In this document: one piece after another, positions 7,617 through 13,528 of the stretch
Position numbering within the stretch: position 1 is the stretch's first letter
How the letters are laid out: each line of letters starts with the position of its first letter
IMG/VR virus record: IMGVR_UViG_2778261256_000011
Reading direction: 5' to 3' (one strand)
Length of the DNA: 13,528 nt
From: a virus
Lineage: Duplodnaviria > Heunggongvirae > Uroviricota > Caudoviricetes
The notes under the pieces: model-generated
Database searches by the model: none
The model's input: only the letters and a program-made list of their open reading frames with translations
Told to the model about the DNA's origin: nothing
Position numbers and translations under genes: made by a program

Positions 7617-9959
7617 ATGGCAAAAGGCAAATCCGCACTGGCACTGGCGCTGAAAAAGAAAATCGGCAGCAATGACGAGATTCAGAAGGTCTCCCACTGG
7701 ATTGACTCCGGTTTCCCTCCACTGAACAAAGCCATTTCCTGACGTTACGACGGTGGTTTTCCGTGTGGGCGTATCGTTGAAGTCTTCGGGCCACCAAGCG
7801 CGGGGAAATGTGTTACCGCAGACACCATGCTGCTGACGGAGCGTGGAATGGTAACAGTGAAAGAACTGTTTGAGATTGAGGGGCACAAAGCAACATGCAC
7901 TACTCGCGATGTAGAGCATAACGTTGGACTCATCAATGAAAATGGCGTGATAGAGAAGACCTCACACCTGACATGGAACAACCGTCGCAAATTCAAGCGC
8001 ATTAAGCTGGCATCAGGGGGTTACATCGAGGCTACGTTCCGTCACCCAATTCGTGTGGTTGACGACTTAGGCAATATCGTCTGGCGGTATGCTGAAAAAA
8101 TCAGTGTAGGCGACACGATTCCTTCAATGGTTGGCACACATCAATTCGGCGATCAGCACTTGGATGCCAATATCGCAAAACTGATGGGCTATTTAATTGC
8201 TGACGGATACGTGGCCTCTGAAAATTCTGTGCATTTTTCTAACACAGATCCATTCATCAAGGATGAGTACTACCGCCTCATTTCGCTGGTATCAGACAAG
8301 ATGCCAGTTACGAGAAAACATAACGGCTCGGAAGACCATGTGCTGTTTAGCAAAGAGGTGCGTTCGCTGCTTTTTAAAGAATATGGTCTGGAGTATGAGA
8401 AAGCTGCTGGCAAGCAGGTTCCGTTGAGTGTGCGTCGCGCCAATAGCGAGGCTCAAATTGCATTCCTTCGCGGCTACTTTGAGCTGGAATGCCACGTCAA
8501 TGATGGTCGCTGCATTGAGGTTGTGAGCGCGAGTGGGTTGCTGCTACAGCAAATTCGCCTCATGCTCCTGAATCTGGGGATTACGTCAACTATCTCTGAA
8601 AAACACGTCGCAGGTTATAAAAACATATATTACCGGCTGTCATTCAGTGGCTCTAACTACGACCTTTTCCTGTCAACGATTGGGTTCGAGTCTCCGGCTC
8701 GTTTAGCAGTGGCAACCAAACGGGACATTAGTTTTGACCGCACTTATTTAGGCTACGTTCCGCACATCAGCGGCTTAGTGAAATCACTCTACGAGTCACT
8801 CACCAAGACCTCTCGTAAAGACTACGTTCTGGTAGATCACGTTATTGGCCGCGGCGATCGTGTCGGAATAGACAAACTGCGAGAAATCTATGTCTCCTTC
8901 ATTGGCAGAAAGAATCGTTTTAACGAGCATCTGTTTGCACAACTGGCAGCGGTAATTGACTCTAACTTGTTCTACGACGAAGTCGTGGCTATTGAGGAAG
9001 GTGAAGCACCAACGTTCGACGTAGCGATGCCGGAAACACACTCTTTCTGGTCTAACGGGATTATCAGCCACAACACATTCCTCGCGACGGCTGCGATGGT
9101 GTCAGCACAAACACAGGATGGTCTGGCCGTATTCCTTGACCACGAAAACAGTTTCGACGTTGGTCTGGCGGTAGCGAACGGACTGAACGCCGACGAAGAC
9201 GACGGTCAGTGGGTCTACAAACAGCCGGATACCTTCGAAGACTCCGTAGAGCTGATCGGCACAATCCTCAAGCTGGTGCGCGACGAAGAGCTTATTCCGG
9301 AAACAGCCCCTATCTGCATCGTAGCCGACTCTCTGGCGTCGATGGTTCCGAACTCGAAGGCTGAGAAGTTCGACAAGATGGCAGAAGGCACTGCGAAGGA
9401 CAAAGATCAGCTGAACATGAACGACAACACGGCGCTGGCGCGCGCGACAAGTGCGAACTTCCCTACTCTGGCGCTTTGGGCGCGTAAGTACAACGCGTGC
9501 ATCATCTTCTTGAACCAGGTGCGTACCAAAATTGGTGTGATGTTTGGCGATCCGACTACGTCTCCGGGTGGCGACTCTCCGAAGTTCTACGCGTCGGTGC
9601 GCATCCGTCTGGGTGCATCCGTCATGAAGGATGGCAAAGAGAAGATCGGACAGGACGTTGGCGCCGAGTGCATTAAAAACAAAGTCGCGCCTCCGTTTGG
9701 CAAATGCTCATGGAAATTCTACTTCGACCCGACTCGCGGGCTGGACGTCGTCGAGTCTCTGGTTGAATACATGCTGGAGGAAGGATACCTGCCCAAGAGC
9801 GCCAGCGGGCGTGTGGAAATTGGCGAGAAGAAATACACCAAATCGCAGATCGTCGAGATGTACCGCGAGAAGCCACTCCCGGAAATCATCGCAGCACTCC
9901 AGGCGATAGACGAACGGCGAGCGAAAGAGTCGTCACCAGCAGAGACAGAAGAAGCGTAA
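7617..9959 (+). CDS. recA: RecA recombinase homologue (bacterial RecA type) interrupted by an intein in the P-loop and by an in-frame TGA in the N-extein; may be a pseudogene or need stop-codon readthrough
   Basis: AAGGAG Shine-Dalgarno 7 nt before ATG 7617. N-extein MAKGKSALALALKKKIGSNDEIQKVSHWIDSGFPPLNKAIS, then TGA (7740-7742), then in the same frame RYDGGFPCGRIVEVFGPPSAGK (Walker A; compare E. coli RecA [21 protein letters not shown]). C-extein TFLATAAMVSAQ ... CIIFLNQVRTKIGVMFGDPTTSPGGDSPKFYASVRIRLGA closely matches RecA [38 protein letters not shown]. No ATG/GTG/TTG lies in frame between the TGA and the P-loop. Spliced product would be about 357 aa. Confidence 0.85.
7809..9074 (+). mobile_element. 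Intein (422 aa) with LAGLIDADG homing endonuclease domain, inserted between the Walker A Lys and the following Thr of RecA
   Basis: Begins with Cys directly after GPPSAGK (CVTADTMLLTE, block A) and ends with SHN followed by a +1 Thr (block G). Block B TxxH is present (ATFRHPIRV). Two LAGLIDADG motifs (LMGYLIADGYV and FLRGYFELECHV). Block F-like VVAIEEGEAPTFDVAMPETHSFWSNGIISHN. Removing the segment restores a contiguous GPPSAGK-TFLATAAM P-loop. Confidence 0.85.
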
Positions 9960-9965
9960 TCACAA

Positions 9966-9987
9966 GACGTCCATTGGACGCCTTTTT
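9966..9987 (+). terminator. Probable rho-independent terminator after recA
   Basis: GACGTCCattGGACGCC: 7-bp stem with one mismatch and a 3-nt loop, followed by TTTTT (9983-9987), 7 nt after the recA TAA. Confidence 0.5.
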
Positions 9988-10002
9988 ATACTTGAAAGTA
10001 TA

Positions 10003-10021
10003 TAAGTACTTACTTATCATT
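10003..10021 (+). promoter_or_regulatory. Copy 3 of bipartite motif TAAGTA-N6-TATCATT (TAAGTActtactTATCATT), 28 nt upstream of ATG 10050
   Basis: Contains the perfect 10-bp palindrome TAAGTACTTA; matches the other two copies in both half-sites and spacing. Confidence 0.3.
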
Positions 10022-10049
10022 TCTACACCCAAACGACAAAAGGAAACAC

Positions 10050-10250
10050 ATGATTAAGGGTTATCTCATGGCTGTTTCAGCAGTGGTATCAGTCTGCTTT
10101 ATTTACGGTTTACTGGTTCCATCGCTTATATCAGCTAAAAGCGATCTGGCCTTCTTTATCGGACTTGCCATCGCTTTAATCTTCCCGGTTGCCTTGTTAA
10201 AAGCTGGCCGCAGGTATATCAACTCACTCAATAAAACTAAGGAGAAGTAA
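10050..10250 (+). CDS. Small (66 aa) predicted two-helix membrane protein
   Basis: Two hydrophobic stretches (AVSAVVSVCFIYGLLVPSLI and LAFFIGLAIALIFPVALL) separated by a short polar turn; basic C-terminus. AGGA 5 nt before the ATG; TAA stop. Confidence 0.5.
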   Translation: MIKGYLMAVSAVVSVCFIYGLLVPSLISAKSDLAFFIGLAIALIFPVALLKAGRRYINSLNKTKEK

Positions 10251-10253
10251 GTA

Positions 10254-10445
10254 ATGAAGAAAGGTTTACTGGCGGTGGCTTTGGCTGCTATTTGCACAAT
10301 GGGTCTGACCGGCTGCGATCGCGTGGAACCGGGATACGTTGGCATTAAGGTAAACAAATTGGGTGAAGACAAAGGTATCGGTGAAGTTGTCGGCGTTGGC
10401 CGTCAGTGGACTGGTCTGAATACCGAGCTGTACACCTCTCTTTAA
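10254..10445 (+). CDS. Small (63 aa) predicted lipoprotein
   Basis: Signal peptide MKKGLLAVALAAICTMGLTG followed by Cys (lipobox LTGC). GGAG 9 nt upstream. Mature part about 43 aa (DRVEPGYVGIKVNKLGEDKGIGEVVGVGRQWTGLNTELYTSL). Confidence 0.5.
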   Translation: MKKGLLAVALAAICTMGLTGCDRVEPGYVGIKVNKLGEDKGIGEVVGVGRQWTGLNTELYTSL

Positions 10446-10468
10446 GTCATCTTAAATGACTCTGAGGT

Positions 10469-10516
10469 GTCTGTTAAACCTGTGGCGATTCAGTCTATTA
10501 AACCTGTAGCGATTCA
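10469..10516. repeat. Two tandem copies of a 24-bp unit (GTCTGTTAAACCTGTGGCGATTCA / GTCTATTAAACCTGTAGCGATTCA; 22/24 identical)
   Basis: Direct reading of the sequence: units at 10469-10492 and 10493-10516 in perfect register. Located in the intergenic region where the sequence appears to shift to lower GC, upstream of hsdM. Confidence 0.8.
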
Positions 10517-10677
10517 CTTTATGGTGTCATAAACTTAAATCTAGCGCCGGGTAGAACAAGTTAATCGAACGATGTAGCGGCCATTTAGGCGTTACAGAAA
10601 GAACAGAATTTTAAATTTATAGTGAAGCCGTTGCAGCAACTTTGTGGGGTGCAACCAACACTGAACAGGAAAAGAAA

Positions 10678-13107
10678 ATGGATCATAGTGTACATAACAA
10701 GCTCATCTCATTTATTTGGAACATTGCCGACGACTGTTTACGTGATGTGTACGTTCGCGGTAAGTACCGCGATGTGATTTTACCTATGGTGGTATTACGA
10801 CGTTTAGATACGTTACTTGAACCCACCAAAGAAGCCGTGCTTGAAGAGGTCAAGTTCCAAAAAGAAGAGATGCAAGCCACGGAGCTTGATGATGAACCAT
10901 TGAAGGCGGCTAGTGGTTATGTTTTTTACAATACATCTAAATGGACCCTGAAATCCCTGTTCAACACCGCAACGAATAACCAACAGATATTACTCGCCAA
11001 CTTTGAAGAGTACCTGCTTGGCTTTAGCGATAATGTTAAAGAAATCATTGAATGCTTTAACCTCAAGTTGCAAATTCGTCACATGGCCTCAAAGCAAGTC
11101 CTTCTTGATGTCGTCGAAAAGTTTGTTTCCCCTTACATCAACTTAACTCATGAAACGGTCGAAGACCCAGATGGCAACAAGATGCCAGCCCTTACTAACC
11201 TGGGTATGGGGTACGTGTTCGAAGAGTTGATCCGTAAGTTCAACGAGGAGAATAACGAAGAAGCCGGTGAGCACTTTACACCTAGGGAAGTGATTGAGCT
11301 GATGACACACTTGGTTTTTGACCCAGTGAAAGAGCAGCTACCATTGACCATGACCGTTTACGACCCTGCGTGTGGTAGCGGTGGTATGCTCACTGAATCT
11401 CAAAACTTCATTGAAGAGAAATACCCGAACGACAGCCGAGATATTTACCTTTACGGCAAAGAGATCAATGACGAGACCTACGCGATTTGTAAATCGGACA
11501 TGATGATCAAAGGTAACAACCCTGAGAACATCAAGGTAGGCTCAACCTTGTCTACCGACGAGTTTGCGGCTTCTCGCTTTGACTTTATGTTGTCTAACCC
11601 GCCATACGGTAAGAGTTGGGCGTCTGAACAGAAGTACATTAAAGACGGCAGTGATGTGATTGACCCGCGTTTTAAGGTTAGCCTGAAAGACTATTGGGGA
11701 AATCTCGAAGTGGTGGATGCCACGCCACGTTCGAGTGATGGCCAGCTGCTTTTCTTAATGGAGATGGTCAACAAGATGAAAGATCCGAGCGTAAGTCCAT
11801 TAGGCAGCCGGATTGCCTCTGTTCATAACGGCTCATCGCTCTTTACCGGTGATGCGGGCAGTGGCGAAAGTAATATTCGTCGCTTCATCATTGAAAACGA
11901 CATGCTAGATGCCATCGTTCAGTTACCTAATAACCTGTTCTATAACACTGGCATTACCACTTACATTTGGGTGTTGAACAACAATAAACCTGAGGCGCGT
12001 AAAGGTAAGGTGCAATTAATTGATGCCAGCTTGCTCTACCGTAAGTTGCGCAAGAACTTAGGTAACAAAAACTGCGAATTTGCGCCTGAGCACATCACGG
12101 AAATTACCGATACTTACCTCGCGTGTAAGGATGTTGAAAGAGCACTGGATGCAAACAATGATCCTGTTGGCATCGCCAGTAAGGTATTCAGCAATGACGA
12201 TTTTGGCTACTACAAAGTCACTATAGAGCGCCCAGATCGCCGCAAAGCCAAGTTTACTCAAGACGCAATAGCCCCACTGCGTTTTGATAAGCAACTTAGT
12301 GAAGTGATGGAGTACGTGTACGCAGAGCACGGCGAACGTGTTTACGAAAAAACTGGCTACGGGTCAGCTCAGAAAAAGAGCTTCTTAAAATCCATCGAGA
12401 AAGACATTCTTTCTTGGTGTGAAGATAACGACATCAGTCTCAATGCTAAGGCTAAGGCCAAACTGCTTGATGTGAAACACTGGCTGGCGCTAAAAGCATT
12501 GCTTGAAACTGCACAAACGCTGATGGCTGACATCGGTAGCATTGAATTTGATGACTTCAATAGCTTTAAAACCCAAGTTGATAAATCGCTAAAAGCCCAT
12601 GCTATTAAGCTTTCAGCACCTGAGAAAAATGCCATTCTTCACGCGGTGAGCTGGTATGACGAAACCGCCAAGAAAGTGGTTAAAAAGGTAGTTAAATTAA
12701 CGGGTGATAAATTAAACGACCTGCTGGAGCGCTATGAGTGTGAAGTCGCTGACTTGCCAGATTTTGGTTATTACCCCGTTCCTTCAGCAGAAGGCGGTAA
12801 AAAAGGCGAGTATATCACTTACGAGACCAATTCAGACCTGCGAGATACAGAATCTGTTCCATTAAAGCAAAGCATTTACCAGTACTTCCTAGATGAAGTG
12901 AAGCCTCATGTCGATGAAGCATGGATAAACCTAGATACGGTAAAAATTGGCTATGAAATCAGCTTCAATAAGTATTTCTACCGTCATAAACCGCTGCGTA
13001 GTTTAGAAGAGGTCGCAACCGACATCATCAACCTAGAACAAAAAGCCGAAGGTCTCATTGCGCAGATATTGGGTGTTAAAGTGGCGGAAGCTCAGGGAGA
13101 AGCGTAA
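10678..13107 (+). CDS. hsdM: Type I restriction-modification system methyltransferase subunit HsdM (long form, about 809 aa, with C-terminal extension)
   Basis: N-terminal HsdM domain (ISFIWNIADDCLRDVYVRGKYRDVILPMVVLRRLD), AdoMet motif I VYDPACGSGGML, and N6-adenine catalytic motif IV LSNPPYG. Start moved to ATG 10678 (AGGA 7 nt upstream) rather than the upstream alternative-codon start at 10642. TAA stop overlaps the next ATG (TAATG). Confidence 0.85.
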   Translation: MDHSVHNKLISFIWNIADDCLRDVYVRGKYRDVILPMVVLRRLDTLLEPTKEAVLEEVKFQKEEMQATELDDEPLKAASGYVFYNTSKWTLKSLFNTATNNQQILLANFEEYLLGFSDNVKEIIECFNLKLQIRHMASKQVLLDVVEKFVSPYINLTHETVEDPDGNKMPALTNLGMGYVFEELIRKFNEENNEEAGEHFTPREVIELMTHLVFDPVKEQLPLTMTVYDPACGSGGMLTESQNFIEEKYPNDSRDIYLYGKEINDETYAICKSDMMIKGNNPENIKVGSTLSTDEFAASRFDFMLSNPPYGKSWASEQKYIKDGSDVIDPRFKVSLKDYWGNLEVVDATPRSSDGQLLFLMEMVNKMKDPSVSPLGSRIASVHNGSSLFTGDAGSGESNIRRFIIENDMLDAIVQLPNNLFYNTGITTYIWVLNNNKPEARKGKVQLIDASLLYRKLRKNLGNKNCEFAPEHITEITDTYLACKDVERALDANNDPVGIASKVFSNDDFGYYKVTIERPDRRKAKFTQDAIAPLRFDKQLSEVMEYVYAEHGERVYEKTGYGSAQKKSFLKSIEKDILSWCEDNDISLNAKAKAKLLDVKHWLALKALLETAQTLMADIGSIEFDDFNSFKTQVDKSLKAHAIKLSAPEKNAILHAVSWYDETAKKVVKKVVKLTGDKLNDLLERYECEVADLPDFGYYPVPSAEGGKKGEYITYETNSDLRDTESVPLKQSIYQYFLDEVKPHVDEAWINLDTVKIGYEISFNKYFYRHKPLRSLEEVATDIINLEQKAEGLIAQILGVKVAEAQGEA

Positions 13108-13528
13108 TGGAGCGTTTAGCATTGATGCCGAAATATGAGGATTATGTAGATTCTGGAGTTGAATGGTTAGGGGATTTACCGAGCCATTGGGACGCAGTAA
13201 AAATGAAGTTTCTTTTCAAAGATACGTCGATGAAAAACAAGCCTAACGAAACTTTATTATCTGTTACACAAAGTCAAGGTGTTGTTCCCAGAGAGTGGGT
13301 AGAAAACAGAATGGTTATGCCATCTGGCAATCTAGAAAGCTTCAAGTTCATTGCAAAAGGTGACTTTGCTATAAGCCTTCGTTCCTTTGAAGGTGGTTTG
13401 GAGTATTGTCATCATGATGGAATCATAAGCCCTGCTTATACGGTGTTAAAAACTAAGAAAGATTATCTACTTGCAGGATATTACAAATATTTGTTTAAAA
13501 GTCAGACTTTTATTTCAGAGTTACAAAC
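13107..13528 (+). CDS. hsdS: Type I restriction-modification specificity subunit HsdS, 5' portion only (runs off the window end)
   Basis: Translationally coupled to hsdM. Translation MERLALMPKYEDYVDSGVEWLGDLPSHWDAVKMKFLFK ... KGDFAISLRSFEGGLEYCHHDGIISPAYTVLKTKKDYLLAGYYKYLFKSQTF fits the HsdS target-recognition-domain pattern. It is absent from the ORF track because no stop is reached before the window ends. Confidence 0.75.
   Translation, partial: MERLALMPKYEDYVDSGVEWLGDLPSHWDAVKMKFLFKDTSMKNKPNETLLSVTQSQGVVPREWVENRMVMPSGNLESFKFIAKGDFAISLRSFEGGLEYCHHDGIISPAYTVLKTKKDYLLAGYYKYLFKSQTFISELQ

Noticed and set aside
8686-8705. tRNA T-arm-like string GGGTTCGAGTCTCCGGCTCG.
   Set aside because: It lies inside the well-supported intein coding sequence (IGFESPARLA), with no acceptor stem or anticodon arm around it.
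10103-10372. 89-aa minus-strand ORF spanning the two small envelope genes.
   Set aside because: Antisense to two plus-strand ORFs that each have a ribosome-binding site and clear membrane or lipoprotein signatures.
10469-10516. Possible CRISPR array.
   Set aside because: Only two directly abutting repeat units with no spacers and no flanking cas genes; it is a simple tandem duplication.

Overview
The window reads as a phage-type (or other mobile-element) DNA replication and recombination module, followed by a compositionally distinct Type I restriction-modification cargo. Plus-strand genes in order: a DnaE-type DNA polymerase III alpha homologue (571-4077), a small coiled-coil protein (4776-5207), a T4 gp32-like zinc-binding ssDNA-binding protein (5327-6343), a 5'-3' exonuclease/flap endonuclease (6404-7348), an 88-aa unknown (7348-7614), and a bacterial-type RecA (7617-9959). 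The RecA gene is the most unusual feature: its Walker A P-loop is split by a 422-aa intein carrying a LAGLIDADG homing endonuclease (7809-9074), and its N-extein contains an in-frame TGA (7740-7742). After a terminator come two tiny envelope proteins (membrane protein 10050-10250, lipoprotein 10254-10445), then a perfect-register 24-bp tandem repeat and a drop in GC (by eye), then hsdM (10678-13107, long form) and the start of hsdS (13107 to window end). One convergent minus-strand gene (4106-4666) encodes an HTH-containing protein. A bipartite motif TAAGTA-N6-TA(T/A)CATT occurs three times, each upstream of a plus-strand gene. All assignments rest on motif recognition by eye from the supplied translations; no database search was run.
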